Source of the DNA: Fidelibacterota bacterium
GTDB taxonomy: Bacteria > Fidelibacterota > Marinisomatia > Marinisomatales > UBA2128
Assembly (NCBI GenBank): GCA_046861645.1
Contig: JBHHUM010000028.1
Span: 1 to 26,438, forward strand
Reading direction: 5' to 3'
Length of the DNA: 26,438 nt
Shown one piece after another: positions 1 to 7,607 of this stretch. The stretch's first letter is position 1, and every line of letters starts with the position of its first letter. The notes below the pieces were generated by a model, which saw only the letters and a list, made by a program, of their open reading frames with translations, had not been told where the DNA came from and made no database searches. Made by a program: the position numbers and the translations under genes.

Positions 1-1125
1 ACTGCCGTAATTGCCACCCATGAAGACATCACCATATCCGTCACCATCGAAATCACCAGCGACAAGACCGCGGCAACCACCGGGTGCCAGATTCATGATG
101 CGAACTAAATTAGTTGAATCAGCTGTGGCGAGATCAGTTATTCCGCTAATCAAGTATAGATCTCCATTAGTCTTACCGATTAGGTGTTCTTCTGATCCAT
201 CGCCATCAATGTCGCCTGTTGCTGAACCGTGGATCGTCCAGAAAGTAAGTCCGGGCTGCAGGTGTTCAGGATACGCATCGTAGGTGTCTGCACCAGAAGC
301 CTCAAACCAGGAACCGTAGTCAGTGGAGAAAAAGGCTTCCAAGTTGCCATCACCGTCTACATCCGTAATGGAAGAGGCATAAACTGAACCTACATTACTG
401 GAGGAGTCGATCATTTCAATGTTCCACTGAGTAAAAGTCCCAGCAAATGATCCATCAAGGGAGTAGATCATCATGGCATCATCTGCAGCGGCATCACTGA
501 ATTTCCGAAAGGCAATGGCTACTTCCTGAGCGCCATCCCCATCAATGTCACCTGCTGACATGGATGAAGGTCTGGTGTTGGTACCTATCGAAACACCGAA
601 ATCCCATGTGGCCGTAGGTGTTCCGTCAGCCGGCAAGCCACTGGCTCCACCTTCCCACACATAAAGTCGAATGGGGTTTGAGCCATCCGGTGGGTTACCT
701 GAGCCGTAGGGGATACCCAGCGAAATTTCCTGGTTACCGTCGCCATCCATGTCGGTTACCACTGCTGGTGGAAAACTGGCACCGCCCGTGTAGAGCGTGG
801 TGTCGAACCAGGACCAAGCCAGCTCATATGTTCCTGTACCGGTTGCTTCGTAGAGCCAGACAGAGGTTCCAGTGGGCTCTTCCCACTGTCCGCCGCTGTT
901 TGGGTTTGAATGATCGGTTACCACGAAGAACTCCAGGTTTCCATCTTGGTCAAGATCATGTCCAGCATGGACTTCCTGTGTCACCATGAATGGATATGGG
1001 GAGCCGGAGTGTTGAACTACGCCGAAGGTCTTCTCCCAGCCATCCCCGGTGGTCTGTGCTATTACCCATGCACAGAACCCGAAGAGAAGGACTGGAAGAG
1101 TCATTCTCTTAGCAATTTGACTCAT
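1..1125 (-). CDS. Secreted FG-GAP/VCBS-repeat (Ca-binding beta-propeller) protein, 3' end runs off the left edge
   Basis: Translated by hand; absent from the ORF track because there is no stop in the window. ATG at 1125 has an AAGGAGA RBS just upstream, and the frame is open for 375 codons to the edge. It begins with the signal peptide MSQIAKRMTLPVLLFGFCAWVIAQ and has six DxDxDG motifs: DLDQDGNLE, DMDGDGNQE, DIDGDGAQE, DVDGDGNLE, DIDGDGSEE, DFDGDGYGD. Confidence 0.9.
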   Translation of the reverse strand, partial: MSQIAKRMTLPVLLFGFCAWVIAQTTGDGWEKTFGVVQHSGSPYPFMVTQEVHAGHDLDQDGNLEFFVVTDHSNPNSGGQWEEPTGTSVWLYEATGTGTYELAWSWFDTTLYTGGASFPPAVVTDMDGDGNQEISLGIPYGSGNPPDGSNPIRLYVWEGGASGLPADGTPTATWDFGVSIGTNTRPSSMSAGDIDGDGAQEVAIAFRKFSDAAADDAMMIYSLDGSFAGTFTQWNIEMIDSSSNVGSVYASSITDVDGDGNLEAFFSTDYGSWFEASGADTYDAYPEHLQPGLTFWTIHGSATGDIDGDGSEEHLIGKTNGDLYLISGITDLATADSTNLVRIMNLAPGGCRGLVAGDFDGDGYGDVFMGGNYGS

Positions 1126-1208
1126 GCTTGTCTCCTTGTGTTAGTTAAGACTTTTGATTAGTCAAAACGGAAAGTGTAAGTAATCCCCGTTTGTAACTGC
1201 GTGGCTGG

Positions 1209-1237
1209 ATTTTATCACAGTCTTGGGAATGAATCAA
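1209..1237 (-). promoter_or_regulatory. sigma70-type promoter for the FG-GAP gene
   Basis: Minus strand reads TTGATT-N17-TAAAAT with an extended -10 TGn (TGA TAAAAT), about 85 nt upstream of the ATG at 1125. Confidence 0.65.
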
Positions 1238-1679
1238 TACCTTTCTTGATGTAAAAGAAACTACTCTCTACTGGGGTTGGGGCTGTTAGGATTAGTCTTT
1301 TACTACCTGGAACTTCTTAAGTGGTAAAGCAAACTCCAGATTTGATTGGGTCCAAACTAATTAAGAAATGTTGTGTAGCTTCTTGAGGCGGATAGTCTCC
1401 TGGTGAAGTTTTCCAATACTACGTTCTTATGACCACATCCTCGGAAGACTCCAGAAAAGTAGAGTATATCCTAAATATACTAGAGTACATCTATCTGCTT
1501 TAGCATTCCCATAAACCAATTATCTCTTTAGGAATCGTCTCCGAGGGTCTTAGTGAAGATAAACATAAGAAGATAGTAATAGCTACATCAACGATATAAA
1601 ATTCGGTATAGGAAAAGTCAGTTATTCACGATAATCTTAGCAAATGTGAAAGCATTTCATTTAGATAAGTCAGATGGTA

Positions 1680-1709
1680 TTGACGCAACCAAAGTGATAT
1701 TAGTACCAT
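1680..1709 (+). promoter_or_regulatory. Possible sigma70-type promoter for the methyltransferase operon
   Basis: TTGACG(1680-1685)-N18-TACCAT(1704-1709). This would give a very short leader, and there is no SD before the ATG at 1725. Confidence 0.35.
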
Positions 1710-1724
1710 AATTAAATAGACCTT

Positions 1725-2900
1725 ATGACACCACGGGAACGCGTATCGGTTGCAATGAAATTACAACAACCAGACCGGGTACCGGTAATGTGCCAGCTTT
1801 CCCTCGGTCATTATTTCTTGTATTCAGGAATTCGACCCTTTGACATCTGGTATAGTTCTAACGGATTTACTGAAGCCCTCATTAGGCTCCAGAGACGATA
1901 TGACTTTGACGGTATTCTCATCAATCTTCCCGGGAGGGATCCAAACATAGAAAACCGTATAAAGACGATCAAGTACGAAGACGGTGAAACGATTATCCGT
2001 TGGAAGGATGGTAACTACACAATCCTTCCAGAAGATGACAACCCTCACTATTACTTAGCTGACGGCACCCGGTACTTTCCGACCTTTGATGATATAGATC
2101 CGGAAGAACTTTACTATATCGAGCCTTGGGACTACAAAGACATCACCTATCCCTTTACATGGGGAGGGGAAACAGAGCCACGACCGTTTAGGGATTACTT
2201 CCCCGAATATCATTTTGACACGATCAAACAGGTCTTGGCAAGAGTTGGAGATACAATCTCAGTTCATACAGAGATATTCTCACCCTGGTCCCAATTCCTT
2301 GAGCTACTCAATTATGAAAATGGTTTAATGGCAATCATGGACGACCCTGAAAAGGTTGAGGCCTGTCTTGAGCGTCTCACTAACGGAGCCATAGACCTCG
2401 CTAAAAAGCAAGCTGCGACCGGCGTGAGCGCTATTCTCATTTCCTCTGCCTTTGCTGGAGCAGGTCTGATATCACGCCAGCATTATGAAAGATTTGTTCT
2501 GCCCTACGAAAAGAAAATAATCCTAAAGGTTAAGAAAGACTACCCTATTCCTATTTACACCCATACTTGTGGAAACATTGGCGACAGGTTAGACCTGATG
2601 GTAAAAACGGGCACGGATGGTATCGATACACTAGATCCTCCCCCTCTTGGGACAGTCGATCTTGAGGAAGCGAAAGAGACCTTGAGTGGAAAAGCATTCA
2701 TCAAAGGAAACATTGATCCAGTAAACATCCTGCTTCAAGCAGACGGTGACAGATTAAGAGAAGATGTCAAGTGGAGACTCCAAGTTGGTAGACTTGGGGG
2801 AGGATATATCCTGAGTTCAGCATGCTCAGTAGCACCACATACGCCTCCGGAAAACCTGGAGCTACTTGTACCCTTGGCAGAAGAATTTGGTAAGTACTAA
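1725..2900 (+). CDS. Uroporphyrinogen decarboxylase-fold methyltransferase (MtaA/MtbA/CmuA-like, putative substrate:corrinoid methyltransferase)
   Basis: N-terminal MTPRERV..A...QPDRVPV. Putative Zn ligands H-x-C (HTCG) and a C-terminal Cys (SSACSV). GNIDP and GGGYILS motifs are present, the HemE RQAGR motif is absent, and the gene sits next to a corrinoid protein. Confidence 0.85.
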   Translation: MTPRERVSVAMKLQQPDRVPVMCQLSLGHYFLYSGIRPFDIWYSSNGFTEALIRLQRRYDFDGILINLPGRDPNIENRIKTIKYEDGETIIRWKDGNYTILPEDDNPHYYLADGTRYFPTFDDIDPEELYYIEPWDYKDITYPFTWGGETEPRPFRDYFPEYHFDTIKQVLARVGDTISVHTEIFSPWSQFLELLNYENGLMAIMDDPEKVEACLERLTNGAIDLAKKQAATGVSAILISSAFAGAGLISRQHYERFVLPYEKKIILKVKKDYPIPIYTHTCGNIGDRLDLMVKTGTDGIDTLDPPPLGTVDLEEAKETLSGKAFIKGNIDPVNILLQADGDRLREDVKWRLQVGRLGGGYILSSACSVAPHTPPENLELLVPLAEEFGKY

Positions 2901-2902
2901 CC

Positions 2903-3589
2903 ATGAGTGCACGCCAAGCAATAAATGCCACCGCACTGAAACGTCTCTTATTAGAACTTGCGGATGCCGTTCTTACAGGCAATGATGAAAAGAGTGTGAA
3001 ACTAACCCATACTCTTCTCAACAAAAATGTAGCTCCAAAGGATATTCTTGATAGAGGACTTTTCGTTGGGATGAAAGAGGTGGGGATTCGCTTTCGTGAC
3101 AACATTATTTTTATTCCAGAAGTACTCATCTCAACTCGTGCTATGAAACGATCGTTGGCTCTTATTAAGCCGTATTTGGAGGATTCTGACTTCGAAGCTG
3201 AAGGGACTTTAGTCATGGGAACTGTCAAGGGAGACATCCACGACATAGGTAAAAACATCGTGACTATGATTCTCAGGGGTAGCGGATTTAAAGTGGTTGA
3301 TCTTGGTATCAATGTTTCAGTTGAAAAATTCATTGGAGCTATAGTTAAAGAGGAGGCTGACATCATAGGTATGTCTGCCTTATTGACGACAACAATGGGA
3401 TATATGCAAATTGTTGTAGAGCGTATCAAATCCGAGGGGATACCGGTAAAGACGCTGGTGGGAGGTGCACCTTTATCACGGAGATTTGCCAATGAAATTG
3501 GTGCAGATTCATATGCCAGAAATGCTTCTGAAGCAGTGAAGGAGGCAAGACGGCTATTAGAGACGAGTACTAATCAGCCTTTGACATGA
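2903..3589 (+). CDS. Corrinoid (cobalamin-binding) protein, B12 cap + B12-binding domains
   Basis: DxHxxG motif GDIHDIGKNIV, plus SALLTTT and GGAP. The N-terminal cap segment reads GMKEVG.RF...IFIPEV. Confidence 0.95.
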   Translation: MSARQAINATALKRLLLELADAVLTGNDEKSVKLTHTLLNKNVAPKDILDRGLFVGMKEVGIRFRDNIIFIPEVLISTRAMKRSLALIKPYLEDSDFEAEGTLVMGTVKGDIHDIGKNIVTMILRGSGFKVVDLGINVSVEKFIGAIVKEEADIIGMSALLTTTMGYMQIVVERIKSEGIPVKTLVGGAPLSRRFANEIGADSYARNASEAVKEARRLLETSTNQPLT

Positions 3590-4485
3590 AGACTTTCCCT
3601 GAAGCTATCGAGTCAGGTAATATACTTCTTGGGGATGGTGCTGTTGGGACAGAACTACAACACCGTGGAATGCCAACAGGCGTCTGTCCGGAGGAATATA
3701 ATCTCACTCACCCCCATATTGTCCAGGGGATTTATAGGGATTACTTCGAGGCAGGATCTGATATAATAGAGACAAACACGTTCGGTGCCAATCGCTCGCG
3801 CCTTGCTTTACACCAGCTTGAAAATAGAGTAGTTGAACTTTGCAAGAGGTCTGTTCAACTGGCTCGGGAAGTTTGCCCTGAGGGGCGTTATGTTGCCGGT
3901 TCTATGGGTCCAACAGGAGATATCATGGAGCCATTGGGACCCCGCACAATTCAACAGACCTACGACATTTTCTCCGAACAAGCGGAAGCTCTTGCTGAGG
4001 GAGGTATTGATGTAATTTTTGTTGAAACAATGATGGCTGTTGAAGAGGCTGAAATAGCTATTAAGGCTGCTAAGGAAAGGACAGCTCTGTTTGTTGCTGC
4101 CACAATGACCTTTCAGCTGGGAGAAGCTGGGCTGCGGACGGTTTGGGGAGTGGATGTGAAGACAGCGGTTCAGAGGATGACTGATGCTGGAGCCGATATC
4201 ATCGGGGCTAACTGCGGCTGTGGTTTCGAGGATATGATAACCGTTGTGAAAGAAATGCTGCCGATAACAAAGCCCCCGATCATTGCCCAACCCAATGCAG
4301 GTATTCCGAAATGGGTGGATGGTGAATCGATCTATGATGAAACACCCGAAGCGGTTCAACCGAAAGTAGAGCGACTCTTAAAACTGGGAGTGAATATCCT
4401 CGGTGGCTGTTGCGGGACTACCCCCAAACATATTAAAGCTATGAGAAAAAAGGTAGACCTGACTAACCAAAGTTTTAAGAAGTGA
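3586..4485 (+). CDS. Homocysteine S-methyltransferase family protein (stand-alone MetH homocysteine-binding domain)
   Basis: DGAVGTELQ, AGSDIIETNTFGAN, GSMGPTG, PNAGIP, and Zn-binding cysteines in GANCG and GGCCGTTP. ATGA overlap with the corrinoid gene. Confidence 0.93.
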   Translation: MKTFPEAIESGNILLGDGAVGTELQHRGMPTGVCPEEYNLTHPHIVQGIYRDYFEAGSDIIETNTFGANRSRLALHQLENRVVELCKRSVQLAREVCPEGRYVAGSMGPTGDIMEPLGPRTIQQTYDIFSEQAEALAEGGIDVIFVETMMAVEEAEIAIKAAKERTALFVAATMTFQLGEAGLRTVWGVDVKTAVQRMTDAGADIIGANCGCGFEDMITVVKEMLPITKPPIIAQPNAGIPKWVDGESIYDETPEAVQPKVERLLKLGVNILGGCCGTTPKHIKAMRKKVDLTNQSFKK

Positions 4486-4653
4486 TGAGTAATCGAATCC
4501 TTCAGATGCAGTTGCTGCTCCAGTTTCTTCTGAACTGCGGAAGCCAGGCATGATGCAGATAAGAGTTTCCTTTGCTCAACCAAAAGCTGTTTCCATTTCC
4601 CAGAACTCTATTCTGATTTCTAATCTCTAGCTTTAGTTACGGAGGAGTTAAGA

Positions 4654-6447
4654 GTGAATCTAGTTATAATTGATTGGAGCATCATCATCCTGTACCTCCT
4701 TATCAGCATGCTTATTGCCGTATATTATTCCCAGCGGGCAGGGAGGAATACGAGTGAATTTTTCCTCACCGGGCGCAACCTGCCGTGGTACATTGCCGGA
4801 ACAACCATGGTAGCTACCACTTTTGCTGCTGATACTCCCTTGGCTGTCACGGAATTGGTTGCGAAAAATGGAGTTGCTGGCAACTGGCTATGGTGGAATA
4901 TGCTGTTTGGGGGAATGTTGACTGTCTTCTTTTTCGCAAGGTTTTGGAGACGAGCAGGAATAATGACAGATGTAGAATTTGCTGAAATCCGCTACTCAGG
5001 CAAACCTGGGGCATTCCTGAGGGGGTTTCGCGCCATCTACCTGGGTTTGTTCATGAATATCATTATTATGGGATGGGTCAACTTGGCTATGGTGAAAATC
5101 CTTTCAGTAATATTTCCCCATACCACTTTTTTCGGGCTTAGTGAAATATCATTTCTTGGATTTAATTTTGGTTCACATCTTCTGATTGTTGGTTTGATTA
5201 TGTTTATTGTAGCAATTTATTCGTCGTTAGCAGGATTATGGGGTGTATCAATAACGGATGTTTTTCAATTTACTATTGCTATGGTCGGATCAATTATTCT
5301 CGCAATTCTTGCCCTTAATATACCTGAGATTGGAGGCATTTCTGGATTGAAAGAACAACTTCCTGAATGGGTCTTCAGATTTACTCCTACAATAGGAGAT
5401 AGTAGCTCTACTGTAGGAGGAATCTTATCAATGTCTGTTGCTGCTTTCATCGCTTATATTGGAATTCAATGGTGGGCATCATGGTATCCTGGTGCAGAAC
5501 CAGGAGGTGGGGGTTATATCGCCCAAAGGATGATGTCTGCAAAAGATGAAAAACATTCCCTATTGGCAACTTTATGGTTCATTATTGCACACTATGCTGT
5601 ACGACCATGGCCATGGATTATCGTAGCACTTGTTTCTCTAGTTCTGTATCCAGACCTGGACATGGCTCATAAAGGGGAAGGATTTGTTATGGTCATGAGA
5701 GATTATCTGCCCTCAGGATTGTTAGGACTGTTACTGGTGTCATTTCTCGCTGCTTACATGTCAACTATTTCTACTCAATTGAACTGGGGTACATCTTACA
5801 TAGTTAATGATTTTTATCGCCGCTTTTACCTTACCAAAGGTGAAGAGAAATTTTATGTCCTGGTTTCGAGAGCAACCACATTCATTATTGTGTTTTTGTC
5901 ACTATTGGTCACTTCGAAACTTGACAGGATCAGCGATGCTTGGATTTTCATTTTGGAGTGTAGTGCTGGAATAGGACTTGTGCTTATTTTGCGGTGGTTC
6001 TGGTGGAGAATAAATGCCTGGTCGGAAATTACAGCCATGATTGCCCCGCTAATCATTTATCCATTTATTAAACCAATGGTTGAATTTCCTTATACTCTCT
6101 TTGTTATTGTTGGTTGGTCTACATTCATATGGATCATCGTTACCTTTTTGACACCCCCAACAGATGAAACGGTACTTCTTTCCTTTTATAAAAGAGTTCA
6201 TCCAGGAGGAATTTTTTGGACACCAATAGCAAAAAAGTTACCTCATGTTCAAGGAGATGGTGGCTATCTTCAATTAATTATAGATTGGATAGCAGGATGT
6301 GTACTTGTCTTTTTTTCCCTATTTGGTGTAGGTAAATTAATATTGGGTGAACAAATGGTAGGCTTTGTTCTCTTATTTGGAGCAGGGATATTAGGATATG
6401 TTATTTTCCGTCACTTGTCTTCGATCAGTTGGGAGGAAGTAATATAA
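4654..6447 (+). CDS. Sodium:solute symporter (SSS) family transporter
   Basis: GTG start with GGAGGAG RBS at 4641-4647. Many hydrophobic helices. Motifs EFFLTGRNLPW, TTFAADTPL, YPGAEPGGGGYIAQRM, LAAYMSTISTQLN, LRWFWWRINAW. Confidence 0.93.
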   Translation: MNLVIIDWSIIILYLLISMLIAVYYSQRAGRNTSEFFLTGRNLPWYIAGTTMVATTFAADTPLAVTELVAKNGVAGNWLWWNMLFGGMLTVFFFARFWRRAGIMTDVEFAEIRYSGKPGAFLRGFRAIYLGLFMNIIIMGWVNLAMVKILSVIFPHTTFFGLSEISFLGFNFGSHLLIVGLIMFIVAIYSSLAGLWGVSITDVFQFTIAMVGSIILAILALNIPEIGGISGLKEQLPEWVFRFTPTIGDSSSTVGGILSMSVAAFIAYIGIQWWASWYPGAEPGGGGYIAQRMMSAKDEKHSLLATLWFIIAHYAVRPWPWIIVALVSLVLYPDLDMAHKGEGFVMVMRDYLPSGLLGLLLVSFLAAYMSTISTQLNWGTSYIVNDFYRRFYLTKGEEKFYVLVSRATTFIIVFLSLLVTSKLDRISDAWIFILECSAGIGLVLILRWFWWRINAWSEITAMIAPLIIYPFIKPMVEFPYTLFVIVGWSTFIWIIVTFLTPPTDETVLLSFYKRVHPGGIFWTPIAKKLPHVQGDGGYLQLIIDWIAGCVLVFFSLFGVGKLILGEQMVGFVLLFGAGILGYVIFRHLSSISWEEVI

Positions 6448-6482
6448 ATGAAAAGCGTCTACAGAATATTATCTTCAATTAT

Positions 6483-7412
6483 ATGAAACCTTTTAGAAAA
6501 ACTTGTCTTTTTTGGTTTATTAGTTTGACATTGATTTGCTGTATTACTGCTGAGGGCCAAATTCAATTACTTAAACGAACCCTAGAGAAAAGGATTGAGT
6601 ACTTTCATGGAGATGTGGGATTATATTTTAAAAACCTGGAGACAGGTGAGACCATAACCATAAATGCCCAAGATACATTCCCCACCGCTAGTCTCATAAA
6701 AATTCCTATAGCTATTTATACATTTGATCAAATAGAAAAAGGGAAATTAGGATATTATGATAAATGGGTCTACAGAGACTCCATGGCGTATGGCGGATCA
6801 GGATACCTTCAGTTCTTCAAAGACAGTACTACAATTACGGTTAAAGCTCTGGTTAATCTAATGTTGACGGTTAGTGACAATGTCGCTGCAATTTGGCTGA
6901 CAAAAAACCTTGGAGGTGGAGATGCAATTAATACATTAATGGATTCCTTAGGCTTTATTACCACGCGCATGAATTCATATTCAACTGGTCGGAAGTCATT
7001 CTGGGATAAATATGGTTGGGGAATGACTACCCCCGAGGAGATGGGCATACTGATGGAGAGGCTATTTTTTAAAGAAATATTAACGCCTGAAGCATGTGAT
7101 GAAATCTACAGAATATTAACGCACCCTTATTGGGATGAATATGCCCCGTCACAAGTACCAATGACTTTGTCAGTTGCCTCTAAAACGGGCGCTCTTAACG
7201 ATTTTAGAGCTGAGGTTGCCTGCGTTAATACTCCAAATCTCGCTTATGTGATCTGTGTTATTACTAATAACAATGTGGATCAGCAATGGATTAAGACGAA
7301 TGAAGCTGATCAGCTTATTATTAACTTAAACCGGGAAGTTTTCGGTTTCTATAACCCCAATTACCCCGATTTCTTTTTGATTACTCGTGATAGTTTACAG
7401 GCAAAATATTAG
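6483..7412 (+). CDS. Secreted serine hydrolase, class A beta-lactamase-like fold (Beta-lactamase2-type; probable peptidoglycan peptidase/PBP-like)
   Basis: SxxK (TASLIK), SDN and KTG motifs. The signal peptide MKPFRKTCLFWFISLTLICCITAEG starts at ATG 6483, which I prefer to the track's TTG 6429 lying inside the SSS gene. Confidence 0.85.
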   Translation: MKPFRKTCLFWFISLTLICCITAEGQIQLLKRTLEKRIEYFHGDVGLYFKNLETGETITINAQDTFPTASLIKIPIAIYTFDQIEKGKLGYYDKWVYRDSMAYGGSGYLQFFKDSTTITVKALVNLMLTVSDNVAAIWLTKNLGGGDAINTLMDSLGFITTRMNSYSTGRKSFWDKYGWGMTTPEEMGILMERLFFKEILTPEACDEIYRILTHPYWDEYAPSQVPMTLSVASKTGALNDFRAEVACVNTPNLAYVICVITNNNVDQQWIKTNEADQLIINLNREVFGFYNPNYPDFFLITRDSLQAKY

Positions 7413-7456
7413 CCGACATTTTGATCTTGTAGAGAATAAACATTTATTTATTGTGC

Positions 7457-7485
7457 TTGACTAACTCGTATATTCTTATTACACT
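7457..7485 (+). promoter_or_regulatory. sigma70-type promoter for the TonB-receptor operon
   Basis: TTGACT(7457-7462)-N17-TACACT(7480-7485) with an AT-rich upstream tract, 122 nt before the ATG at 7608. Confidence 0.65.
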
Positions 7486-7495
7486 TTTAGCAACC

Positions 7496-7508
7496 TACCT
7501 GTCAGGTA
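7496..7508. promoter_or_regulatory. Palindromic putative operator TACCTG-T-CAGGTA
   Basis: Perfect 6-bp inverted repeat with a 1-nt spacer, just downstream of the predicted transcription start (~7492). Confidence 0.4.
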
Positions 7509-7607
7509 AAAAGGACTGAATCAGATTTTGCGATTAGTCACTGATAACTTACAATTCAAAATACAAAACATCACATTTCGACGAGAAATAGGACATAAAG
7601 AAGAAGT

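Noticed and set aside
11..1161. Plus-strand ORFs 11..283, 618..989 and 910..1161
   Set aside because: They are shadows of the minus-strand FG-GAP gene, which has an RBS, a signal peptide and repeat motifs. They have no recognisable features of their own.
1642..1662. CRP/cre-like site AAATGTGAAAGCATTTCATTT
   Set aside because: The spacing is one base short of either consensus and the right half-site is poor; plausible by chance in AT-rich DNA.
1240..1724. Cobalamin or SAM riboswitch upstream of the methyltransferase genes
   Set aside because: I could not find the B12-box or SAM-I core by eye. The TTATCT..AGATAA hairpin near 1520-1562 lacks the other SAM-I elements. An Infernal search would settle it.
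1725..2900. Calling this gene hemE (heme biosynthesis)
   Set aside because: It lacks the HemE RQAGR motif, has H-x-C..C Zn ligands, and is coupled to a corrinoid protein.
2903..4485. Frameshifted metH pseudogene
   Set aside because: The domain order (B12 then Hcy) is the reverse of MetH, and each ORF has its own start and complete motifs.
4356..4583. Minus-strand 75-aa ORF as a gene or transposase remnant
   Set aside because: It overlaps the Hcy methyltransferase gene antisense, and I saw no recognisable motif or terminal repeats.
6429..6482. TTG start at 6429 for the serine hydrolase
   Set aside because: It lies inside the SSS gene, and the signal peptide begins at ATG 6483.
6483..7412. 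Antibiotic-resistance beta-lactamase call
   Set aside because: There is no Glu166/ExxLN motif, and the context is nutrient uptake rather than mobile resistance.
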